A stretch of DNA of 25,053 bases from Promethearchaeota archaeon (GCA_011364925.1 RDOA01000052.1:1-25053); one strand, 5' to 3'. Counted from the stretch's first letter, positions 17,488 to 25,053 are shown. The notes: generated by a model not told the origin, from the sequence alone. Made by a program: numbers and translations.

Positions 17488-19695
17488 TTAAAGTATTTTT
17501 TTCAATTCTAAGATTAAATTTTTTGGATTCACTCGATCAAATTGGAAAACTTCAGCGCTCCCGTAAATCTTAAAGTTCTTTTTTATCTGGTCAGCGGCAA
17601 AAGTATTTACACCTAACGCTCGAGTAGCGTAAGATTTTTTTGGTTCTAAAACGACTAAATGGGCTCCTTTTTTGGATAATTGTTTGGTTAAAGCTTCAAG
17701 TTCGTTAACAATCAATGTGTAATCAGATTGAACTTGAGCTATTAAATCAGGGTATTTGTACGAGATATTAGCACCTAAATCGCTACAAATGAAAACGACT
17801 GGAATTATATTTCGATTTTTTAACTTTTCGGCATCAATTAACTTTAAACATTTTGTCAAAGCGGCTGCCATAGGAGTGTATGACTTTCCTTCGATTTTTT
17901 TGAGTTTGTTCACAGCAGACTTGAAGTATACCGTAGGATTTTGAAGAACCACTGCTTCTTTCGCCCGAAAGATGATTAAGCTAATTTTATCTTTTTTTCT
18001 ATAGCCTTCACGTTGGAGAGAGAGGATAACATCAGTCATCTGCTTAATTACGTAATACATCGAAGCGGAGCTGTCGAGTACGAAAAATAAAACTAATGGA
18101 GCGCGATACTCGTAAATTTTATCCATGAGGTCGTACTTATCGAATTTTAGAGGAAATTCAATATCCGTGTCGTTGTAAATTGTATTTTTTAAGTAATTCC
18201 TGATAGTTGCGTCAAGTGCGATGGTTTTAGGTTGATTAAGTGGTCTTCTATAGGACACATACCTACCTTTTTGAGAAGAAGCGATTTTTATGCGTCTACC
18301 GATTCCTCTGCCTCCATAATCAGAAACTTTCCGGTCTTTTCTGATTGTATCTAACACGGAAGTCATTTTATGTTCCATTTTATATATTAATGGCATAGAT
18401 TCGTTTCTATCGTCAAAAAAATTAAACTCTTGCTCGTCGTATTCTGGAATATCTTTTACTTTCCATCCTCCAGCCGGGGTGGGGTCTCTTTTTTTATTAT
18501 CAGGATATTTAGGTGGTGGGAGTTTCTGCTCTTTAGTTTCTGGAACATCAACTTTTTTGGGATCGACTGATTGACGTTTGAACTCTTTTTGCGGAGTGTC
18601 GTCGTGCTTCAGAGGTCCCTCGGTGTCTTTATTTGGTCTATATGTTTTTGGGTCTTCATGGGCTTTTTGTATTTTTCCGTAAACCTCAACGATTTTTGCT
18701 TTAACTTCTTCTGGGGTCATTTCGTAGTGGAGTGATTTTATCCTGTGCTCAAAAACCAAATCCATTGCTGCATTCAAATCTTCTTCGGTAACTTCGGTTC
18801 TTCCGTTAAAAGCTGCATGGGCACGAGCGCATCGAATAAAAGTAATATCTGCTCTTTGCGAAAATATGTCTAATTCGTTTACTAATTGAGATACAAACTC
18901 ATACACAGAAGCCGGGACTTTTACATCTTTGATCAATTCCCGGGCTCTTACTATTTTTTTTCTTAGTTCTTCTTGTTCTTGTTCGTATTTTTTTATGAAC
19001 GCTTTTGGATTGTCATCAAAATCGATTACTCTTTTAGTAATCTCAGCGCGTAATTTTGCGTCTCGGGGAGCTTTAATTTTTACCTCCAAACCTAATCTGT
19101 CCGCTATCTGAGGTCGGAGATCGCCTTCTTCTGGGTTCATAGACCCTACTAGAATGAATCTTGAAGGATGCATCACGGAAATTCCTTCTCTTTCGATGAT
19201 ATTCACACCAGAAGCAGAAGCATCCAATAAAGTATCAACAATATGGTCTTGGAGCAAATTTATTTCGTCTATGTAGAGGATACCACGATTAGCTTTCGCA
19301 AGAAGGCCAGGGTGGAGACTCCTTATCCCTTGGGTTAAAACTTTATCAATTGATAAGGATCCAGTTACCATGTCTTCAGTAACACCCAAAGGTAGATTAA
19401 CTAATCGCATTTCTTTAAATTCAGTTTCTAACTCTCCCTTTTCTTTTATTACGCGACATTCTTCGCAGAGATCGTCTATGTGAGATTTAGGATCGCATGC
19501 AAATTGACAATCTTTGACTACTTCTATATCCGGCATCACTTCTACGAGAGAGCGCACTCCTGTTGACTTTCCAGTGCCTTGTTGGCCAGTTAGTAAAACT
19601 CCTCCGATTTGAGGGTCAATTACATTTAAAATAAGCCCGAGTTTCATTCTATCTTGTCCTAAAATAGCAACAAATGGGAATTGAACTTTACGCAT
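17488..19695 (-). CDS. ChlI/ChlD-type chelatase subunit (AAA+ ATPase, Pro/charged linker, vWA)
   Basis: FPFVAILGQ, Walker A GQQGTGKS, PGLLAKANRGILYIDEINLL, SMNPEEGDLRPQ and vWA MIDAS DSSAS. Confidence 0.9.
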   Translation of the reverse strand: MRKVQFPFVAILGQDRMKLGLILNVIDPQIGGVLLTGQQGTGKSTGVRSLVEVMPDIEVVKDCQFACDPKSHIDDLCEECRVIKEKGELETEFKEMRLVNLPLGVTEDMVTGSLSIDKVLTQGIRSLHPGLLAKANRGILYIDEINLLQDHIVDTLLDASASGVNIIEREGISVMHPSRFILVGSMNPEEGDLRPQIADRLGLEVKIKAPRDAKLRAEITKRVIDFDDNPKAFIKKYEQEQEELRKKIVRARELIKDVKVPASVYEFVSQLVNELDIFSQRADITFIRCARAHAAFNGRTEVTEEDLNAAMDLVFEHRIKSLHYEMTPEEVKAKIVEVYGKIQKAHEDPKTYRPNKDTEGPLKHDDTPQKEFKRQSVDPKKVDVPETKEQKLPPPKYPDNKKRDPTPAGGWKVKDIPEYDEQEFNFFDDRNESMPLIYKMEHKMTSVLDTIRKDRKVSDYGGRGIGRRIKIASSQKGRYVSYRRPLNQPKTIALDATIRNYLKNTIYNDTDIEFPLKFDKYDLMDKIYEYRAPLVLFFVLDSSASMYYVIKQMTDVILSLQREGYRKKDKISLIIFRAKEAVVLQNPTVYFKSAVNKLKKIEGKSYTPMAAALTKCLKLIDAEKLKNRNIIPVVFICSDLGANISYKYPDLIAQVQSDYTLIVNELEALTKQLSKKGAHLVVLEPKKSYATRALGVNTFAADQIKKNFKIYGSAEVFQFDRVNPKNLILELKKIL

Positions 19696-19951
19696 GATAA
19701 ACTCAATTAGTAACTTTAATTATAAAGTAGGGAAAGCAATAAGCAAAATAAAGATTTTCCCTTAAAACAATAGATTAAAAATAGGATTTCGCTTTAATCA
19801 TTTTTATCGTGATATCCTAAAGGATCTTCTAATTTCCCGATACAATTTTTTAAATTAATAAAAAAAAAGCTTAAACTTTAATTAAGAGAAGTCGACTATA
19901 TATTTAAGTAAACTATAATAGACAAATGGGTCTTAGACAAGGGATATTTCT

Positions 19952-21253
19952 ATGAGCAGATCATCAGATCTACAAAGAATCTTAGATAATTTAGTAGAAG
20001 AAATACCAGAGCTATTAGCAGCGTTAGTCGTAGACTTCAATGGTTTCATTATTGCTAAGAAATCAATAAAGAAATTTGACGATGAATTAATAGGAGGAAT
20101 AATGTCTCTTTTAGACGAAACTCTAAACAGAATAAAAAGTCTTACACAATCAGAATTAGGAAGCGGTTCATTTGATATAGATCAGTTCCGTTTGTTTTAT
20201 ATCCAATTAGGTAAAAATACGGGGGCGCTATTGGTATTGATTGGAGATCAATATTCCCATTTAGATAGATATGTTCCATATTCTTATATTATCGCGGATA
20301 AAATCTCTCTACTGCTGAGTAATTGTGATGTTGCTTGTAAGTTTCCAAGTATAACTGAAGATGCCGATCTTGTCTTAGACTCTAAAAGTAAAAATTTCAT
20401 TATAATAGGATCTGAAGCCGTTGGTAAATCCACTTTATCCAGACGAGTTTGCAACGACTCTTTTATCGAAAATTATCATCCTACGATAGGAGTGTCGGTT
20501 ATCGAAAAAGAATTGGAAACAAGACAAAATAAAACAGTTAAAGTTAACATATTTGACTTGTCCAGCCTAAAAAGTTTTGGAAAAGTACGAAGATATTTTT
20601 ATCAGTACTCAAGTGCTATTTTAATCATGTTTGATTATTCCAAAGAAGAAAGTCTTAACGAGGTTGAGAATTGGATAACAGAAGCAAGGCAATTTGTTAG
20701 TGATAAAGAGGTTCCCTTCTTAATTGTTGGAAATAAAGTCGATCTTGTTAATGATAACAATAATCTTAGAAAAAAAGCAGAAATGATCGCTTTAAATCAC
20801 AATTATCGGTTATTCGAAACATCTATACTAAATAATCAAGGTCTTGATGAAATTTTCGAGTACTTGATAAATGAAAGCTTTCAGGAAAAGGGTGATAAAG
20901 TAGTTGCAACTCCTATTACACCCAATTTTATAAAAAACTTAACTGAAGATGAAAAAATTGTGTTTATCTGTGATTTCGATTTTGAATCGTTAGATCAAAG
21001 CACATTTCCAAATGTGTTAGAGAAAAATATTATTAAAAATATTGCTGATAGTAAAGAAATTAGTTTAGCTATCCTGCACAGCAAGCTGATTCCTTTAGAG
21101 AAAGCTTTAAATCGAAAAATCGATAAAGATACAATTTTAAAAATTACTGATAAATATATTAAAAAAGGAAAAATTAAGCGCCAATTTCTGAAATTTGATG
21201 AAGACTTAGAAACAGTTAATAATTCAAATATTATACAGAAAGGAGATATTTGA
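19952..21253 (+). CDS. Roadblock + Rab/Ras-like small GTPase + C-terminal winged-helix-like domain fusion
   Basis: Roadblock-like N-terminus (AALVVDFNGFII). G1 GSEAVGKST, G2 YHPTIGV, degenerate G3 FDLSSL, G4 GNKVD, G5 ETSI. The C-terminal domain of about 110 aa is paralogous to that of the next gene. Confidence 0.85.
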   Translation: MSRSSDLQRILDNLVEEIPELLAALVVDFNGFIIAKKSIKKFDDELIGGIMSLLDETLNRIKSLTQSELGSGSFDIDQFRLFYIQLGKNTGALLVLIGDQYSHLDRYVPYSYIIADKISLLLSNCDVACKFPSITEDADLVLDSKSKNFIIIGSEAVGKSTLSRRVCNDSFIENYHPTIGVSVIEKELETRQNKTVKVNIFDLSSLKSFGKVRRYFYQYSSAILIMFDYSKEESLNEVENWITEARQFVSDKEVPFLIVGNKVDLVNDNNNLRKKAEMIALNHNYRLFETSILNNQGLDEIFEYLINESFQEKGDKVVATPITPNFIKNLTEDEKIVFICDFDFESLDQSTFPNVLEKNIIKNIADSKEISLAILHSKLIPLEKALNRKIDKDTILKITDKYIKKGKIKRQFLKFDEDLETVNNSNIIQKGDI

Positions 21254-21343
21254 TCTTTTTTATTTTAATAAATTTAAATATAACTTATATTACTATTAAT
21301 TCAAATTTTCACTATTTATTGATTTAATTCAATAAGGGAATTT

Positions 21344-21348
21344 GAGGT
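21344..21348 (+). promoter_or_regulatory. Shine-Dalgarno-like GAGGT ahead of a putative ATT start
   Basis: GAGGT lies 7 nt upstream of ATT-TCA-GAA at 21356, the start of the extended ORF. Confidence 0.5.
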
Positions 21349-21355
21349 AATTTTT

Positions 21356-21937
21356 ATTTCAGAAGTTATAACTGTTAGAAGCAATTGTCCAATTTGTAAC
21401 AAGATTATTGTTTTCGAATTAGAAACGGAATTTATCTTAAATTCAGAACGATTTCCTGTTCAATTTCTTATTGAACACTGTGAAAAATCTTTAATTGCTT
21501 ATATTGATGAGAATTTTGAAGTAAAGGGTATTGAACCCGTAGATAATATAATAAGCAAAAAGGAAAATGTTCAAGAAGATCATATCCGGGGTCAGCCGAT
21601 AACCTCTGAATTTATTCAAAAAATGTCACCAGAAGAAAAATTAGTATTGACCTCTAACTATGATTTTAATGAGTTAAAAACTCAACAATTTCCGAATGTC
21701 ATTGAAAAGCAAGTTTTATTGCAAATTTCTAAACATAATCATATTAGTGTGGCTGTCTTACTACAAAAACTCTCTGTTGTCAGTAAAGCAATTAATAAAC
21801 CTATTGATAAAGATTCCCTTTTAGGGATTGTTGATAAGTATATTGAAAAGGGTATTATAAATAAACATATGGTTAATCTTGAAAAAGAAAAATCTATCTA
21901 TAATAGTGGAATGAATTTGCGAGGGGATGTTATGTGA
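21356..21937 (+). CDS. Zn-binding (CPxC...HC) N-terminal domain + winged-helix-like domain protein, 193 aa; N-terminally extended relative to the ORF track
   Basis: The frame of the 21623 ORF is open back to the TGA at 21320 and reads SEVITVRSNCPICNKIIVFELETEFILNSERFPVQFLIEHCEKSLIAYIDENFEVKGIE.... Homology with the upstream protein's tail begins before Met 21623 (QPITSEFIQKM vs TPITPNFIKNL). Confidence 0.8.
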   Translation: MSEVITVRSNCPICNKIIVFELETEFILNSERFPVQFLIEHCEKSLIAYIDENFEVKGIEPVDNIISKKENVQEDHIRGQPITSEFIQKMSPEEKLVLTSNYDFNELKTQQFPNVIEKQVLLQISKHNHISVAVLLQKLSVVSKAINKPIDKDSLLGIVDKYIEKGIINKHMVNLEKEKSIYNSGMNLRGDVM

Positions 21938-22428
21938 AGATATTTAGAAGAAGAGATAAAGGAATGGATTCTAAATACTTAAATAGAATGATAATTGGAT
22001 TAGGCCATGGTTTGATTAGAACTAGAGATTTTATTTTAAATAAAGAATATGGTGTTTCGACGCAAGATGCGATGGACTCTTTAAGTATTTGGATCGGAAG
22101 AGAATTAATGAAAACAATGCTAGAGAATGGAGTGGTTAATGTTCGGGATTCTGACGAACGTTTAGTTAATGGCTTGATGGGGGTAATAAATTTAGCAGAC
22201 GAATTAGATGTGGAAGTAAAAAACGATCATATAAAACTTGTCGTCCAAAAATGCTTAATTTGCCCAAAAAGGATAGGTGGATATGATCTTGAAGGAAATA
22301 CCGCCTGCCCAGTAGGTGGCGTCCTAACCGGGGCAATTTCGTATGCGAGAGGAATAGATCCCACCGTCACTAAAAACCGACTTCAAACAGCAGAAATTTG
22401 TCATATCGAAATGGAGTATAATACATAA
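21934..22428 (+). CDS. V4R / methanogen-output / Bet3(TRAPP)-like fold protein
   Basis: Pattern IGREL...KLVVQKCLICP...ACPVGGVLTGAI...ICHIEM with V4R-type Cys ligands. The GTG start overlaps the upstream TGA (GTGA) after a GAGGGGA SD. Confidence 0.75.
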   Translation: MKIFRRRDKGMDSKYLNRMIIGLGHGLIRTRDFILNKEYGVSTQDAMDSLSIWIGRELMKTMLENGVVNVRDSDERLVNGLMGVINLADELDVEVKNDHIKLVVQKCLICPKRIGGYDLEGNTACPVGGVLTGAISYARGIDPTVTKNRLQTAEICHIEMEYNT

Positions 22429-22443
22429 TTTTTTTTTATTTTT
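22427..22443 (+). terminator. Oligo-T tract, probable archaeal terminator of the 19952-22428 module
   Basis: A run of 10 T followed by ATTTTT begins right at the V4R stop, in a convergent intergenic gap. Confidence 0.45.
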
Positions 22444-22501
22444 ATTACATTCTTAAAACTTGCCATACATTCTATAGTTTCCCTAGAAATTTTATGGTAA
22501 A

Positions 22502-23500
22502 TCAAAATGCGAACTTCCTGGCAATTTCTGTAAGATTAGAGTTTAGGTGAGCTACAACGCTGTCCCATTTAGCCAAAATTGTATCAATTTTCGGAATGAT
22601 GCCCGATCTTTCTTTATACTCTAAATAATTGGTAAAAGCTCTAATATTTTCTACTTTAATGAAAGTTTCAGCAATGAATTTTCTAATATCTCGAGTTTGA
22701 TTAGTCAATACTTCTTGTATTCTGTGAGATTCTCCCTTGCGAGTAAGAGTTAGTAGGTATTCTTCAACACCTTGTAAAAGTGAATTTAATTCCGTAATCC
22801 TACTCGTAATATATTTATCGTAAAATTCGAACACATTTTCGCCAGAAAAAAAGTTTGCAATATCTATTGCTAACTTTTGACCCATTAGAACCATTTGTTC
22901 AGTATTTTCGAACCCATCAATCCTATAGTTTACTTCATAGAAATTGCTATATCTATCGCTAGGGTCTTCCATTCTAAATATTTTGAAACCAGGATCATCT
23001 CTTAATTGCTTGACGGGATCTCCTGCTTTTTGTGGTAATTCAATTTGTCTTATCAATCTTTCAGGATTAAAAACAAGCGCTATTGCTAACGGATTATATG
23101 CTTGGTAGGAGATAGTAGTTTTCCGATCTCCAAACCCAGAGAGCATTACTTTAAATCCTGGATGACTATGCCACCAGCCAACAGTGAATTCTCCTCTTGC
23201 GAAAGCCTCTTCATCAATCATGGCAAAAGACGCGTGATCCTCGTCGGAATATTCGTAGCCATCAATAATAGTGCGAGGATCGGACTCGTCTACATTTTCA
23301 TCGTTTGGATTAAAAGTATCGTGCATTATAGGATAAGCTGCAGATACATAAAGGTCTTTCTCATTATTATGTTCGATGATCTTTCCCGTAAAGATTCCAC
23401 TTGCCTCTTTCCAATCCTCTTTAGGTCGTTTTTTGTTAGCAAATCTCACGCAAGCTGCTACAACAGTAAAATACACTTCTTTAGGGATAATGACTGTCAT
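22502..23500 (-). CDS. MPN/JAMM domain protein with C-terminal helical region
   Basis: WKEASG (catalytic Glu position) and VGWWHSHPGFKVMLSGFGD, followed by about 130 aa of helical tail. Confidence 0.85.
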   Translation of the reverse strand: MTVIIPKEVYFTVVAACVRFANKKRPKEDWKEASGIFTGKIIEHNNEKDLYVSAAYPIMHDTFNPNDENVDESDPRTIIDGYEYSDEDHASFAMIDEEAFARGEFTVGWWHSHPGFKVMLSGFGDRKTTISYQAYNPLAIALVFNPERLIRQIELPQKAGDPVKQLRDDPGFKIFRMEDPSDRYSNFYEVNYRIDGFENTEQMVLMGQKLAIDIANFFSGENVFEFYDKYITSRITELNSLLQGVEEYLLTLTRKGESHRIQEVLTNQTRDIRKFIAETFIKVENIRAFTNYLEYKERSGIIPKIDTILAKWDSVVAHLNSNLTEIARKFAF

Positions 23501-23752
23501 ACTTTGATTTTTGGCTATAGTATTTAAACAAATAATACCAATTCACATATTTATGTCTTTATTATTGTTAATAACTCGAGGTGTTGTTGGTGAAAGTGCG
23601 TGGAAAAAAACATTACAACAACAAAAAAAATGATTATGCTTGGTTGAATATAAAATTATTTAAAGCCAAAATATATGATAATATTAATATTTCATTAAAT
23701 CAATCTGATATTAGGTTGATTGGAGTTTATATTAAATAGAGTTGAGTAAATT

Positions 23753-24409
23753 ATTTCCGAAAAAGGATTTGAACCCCTAAGTAGCCAGTTGGGAATCCCA
23801 GGTACTTCGTACAGGATCCAATTAGGGCTTATTAACGAGAAATGGGCGTCTCGTTTATTAAAAGGGAATGATATCATAGAGTCTTACGTTTATAAAGAGG
23901 AGGATTTAAGTGCATCTGGCTTTCCAAATCAAAATCTTATCGTAGGTTGGGTGTTAAGGACGGTAGCAATTCCAAATATTAATCCACACCAAATAATGAA
24001 AACCGTGCAAGCCTTAACCAAACAGGCGGTTACAAAGAAAGAAGAAAAGAAGGTTGTTGCCCCGATCTCAGAAGCTAAAAAAATTGAGTTAGAAAAAGTT
24101 CCTCTTGGTGAATTAAAGAGACCGATAGTAAAAGGATGGGTTAAGGAAGAAGGTGTAAAATCAGTTCAAGAGTTAGAGGAAGAAAAACGTCAAGCATTCC
24201 AAGAAAGAATGAAATACAAGAAGGAAGAGGAACGAGTGCGAACTGAAGAACCTGCTGCTACTACTGTCTTAAAAACGGCAAGGGAATTACCACAAATCCC
24301 TATAGGAGGGGGCGTTGATACTCCTACTGCATCAATGTTTTGTCCTAGTTGTGGGAAAGATTTAAGTTGGAAATTCTGTCCCTATTGTGGAAAACCACTC
24401 CCCCATTAA
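23753..24409 (+). CDS. Hypothetical protein with charged linker and C-terminal double zinc ribbon
   Basis: C-terminal CPSCG...FCPYCGKPL. The frame is open from the TAA at 23747. ATT-TCC-GAA at 23753, after GAGTTGA, is a plausible start; the TTG at 23789 is the alternative. Confidence 0.8.
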   Translation: MSEKGFEPLSSQLGIPGTSYRIQLGLINEKWASRLLKGNDIIESYVYKEEDLSASGFPNQNLIVGWVLRTVAIPNINPHQIMKTVQALTKQAVTKKEEKKVVAPISEAKKIELEKVPLGELKRPIVKGWVKEEGVKSVQELEEEKRQAFQERMKYKKEEERVRTEEPAATTVLKTARELPQIPIGGGVDTPTASMFCPSCGKDLSWKFCPYCGKPLPH

Positions 24410-24657
24410 TTAAATTAATTTTATTTTATAATCCCTTTTTAAATTTGCACACAAATGTTATGTATCATAACCTCTTTAAGATTAAACGATCAAAAAATTC
24501 TTTTTAGAATTTAAAGAAGTGAAAAAAAGTTATATATGAAAAGGAAGAATAAATTATCACTTACTATACATTTTTATTAAGTGCTTAAAATATTAATTGT
24601 TAAAAAGATTAGATTACTAGTATCTTTTTACATATCAAAAGGATAAAGTGAGTAAGA

Positions 24658-25053
24658 ATGGGGAAGGATGTCGATATTAGCGTAGTAAGGATCAGACCTA
24701 ACGCTTATTATAAAATAATTCTACACGTTTTACGTTTTGGGAATAAAGCAAGAAATCACTCTCAATGCATCGAAGTCATGGGTGTGCTTATTGGACATCT
24801 GCAAGATGGTGACGATAAAAAATTTAAGGATGTGATCATAGAGGATGTAGTACCTATTTCCCACGGTAGCAGTGTAGAAGTTGAGTTTTCGATTAATGAT
24901 TACATATTTTTTGAAAAAGCTAATAATATGTATTTAGAGAAGGGCTGGTGGGTAGTGGGTTGGTACCATAGTCATCCGGCGCTGTTTCAACACCAAATAT
25001 TCTTTTCACCTACAGATGTAAAGAATCAATTTGGGTGGCAAAACGAATTAAAT
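24658..25053 (+). CDS. MPN+/JAMM metalloprotease (Rpn11/CSN5-like), 3'-truncated; absent from the ORF track
   Basis: Manual translation: MGKDVDISVVRIRPNAYYKIILHVLRFGNKARNHSQCIEVMGVLIG...VVGWYHSHPALFQHQIFFSPTDVKNQFGWQNELN, open to the window end. Confidence 0.9.
   Translation, partial: MGKDVDISVVRIRPNAYYKIILHVLRFGNKARNHSQCIEVMGVLIGHLQDGDDKKFKDVIIEDVVPISHGSSVEVEFSINDYIFFEKANNMYLEKGWWVVGWYHSHPALFQHQIFFSPTDVKNQFGWQNELN

Noticed and set aside
17488-19695. Magnesium chelatase as evidence of (bacterio)chlorophyll synthesis
   Set aside because: ChlI/D homologs are widespread in non-phototrophic archaea, and there are no other pigment genes here.
21250-21327. TTG-started mini-ORF overlapping the GTPase stop
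   Set aside because: About 25 codons of low-complexity AT-rich spacer (Ile/Asn/Phe/Leu), overlapping T-tract and promoter-like sequence.
23551-23613. 20-aa minus-strand uORF (MFFSTHFHQQHLELLTIIKT) upstream of the JAMM gene
   Set aside because: Its length is expected by chance and there is no SD-like sequence.
23582-23623. Hairpin as a SECIS element or intrinsic terminator
   Set aside because: It lacks the RUGA...GA core, lies between divergent 5' ends, and has no 3' U-tract on either strand.
1049-23877. Short overlapping ORFs in the track (1049-1306, 1328-1513, 3665-3883, 6288-6470, 7377-7595, 8093-8299, 10457-10699, 14085-14285, 16556-16930, 17756-17944, 18929-19111, 23102-23527, 23695-23877)
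   Set aside because: All are antisense or out-of-frame shadows of well-supported genes and show no recognisable motifs.
1-25053. tRNA/rRNA genes, IS elements, integrases, proviral genes
   Set aside because: No GC-rich structured intergenic segments, terminal inverted repeats or transposase/integrase motifs were seen.

Overview
AT-rich archaeal chromosomal window whose gene content points to an Asgard archaeon (Lokiarchaeia-like; inferred from gene content, not from a marker gene). Metabolic genes: DUF39-CBS + NIL-ferredoxin homocysteine-synthesis pair, HdrC/HdrB-like pair, DedA/VTT, PAP2, MBL hydrolase, PHP histidinol-phosphatase, ATP-grasp ligase and a ChlI/ChlD-type AAA+-vWA chelatase subunit. 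Eukaryote-like signalling genes: an MglA-like GTPase, a longin-like + winged-helix protein, a tandem Roadblock protein and two MPN/JAMM proteins. The best candidates for an undescribed system are (1) a three-gene module at 19952-22428 (Roadblock + Rab-like GTPase with a degenerate G3 + C-terminal domain; a Zn-binding protein carrying the same C-terminal domain; a V4R/Bet3-fold protein) and (2) a SIR2-family domain fused to 25 uninterrupted 40-aa TPR units. Reading the DNA also shows what the ORF track missed: an 89-codon N-terminal extension that appears to need an ATT start (21356), a second probable ATT start (23753), a 54-aa ORF (5635-5799), a hairpin overlapping a possible sORF (23578-23739) and a partial JAMM gene at the right edge. 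I found no tRNA, rRNA, CRISPR array or mobile element. All family calls come from motif recognition by eye; no database search was run.
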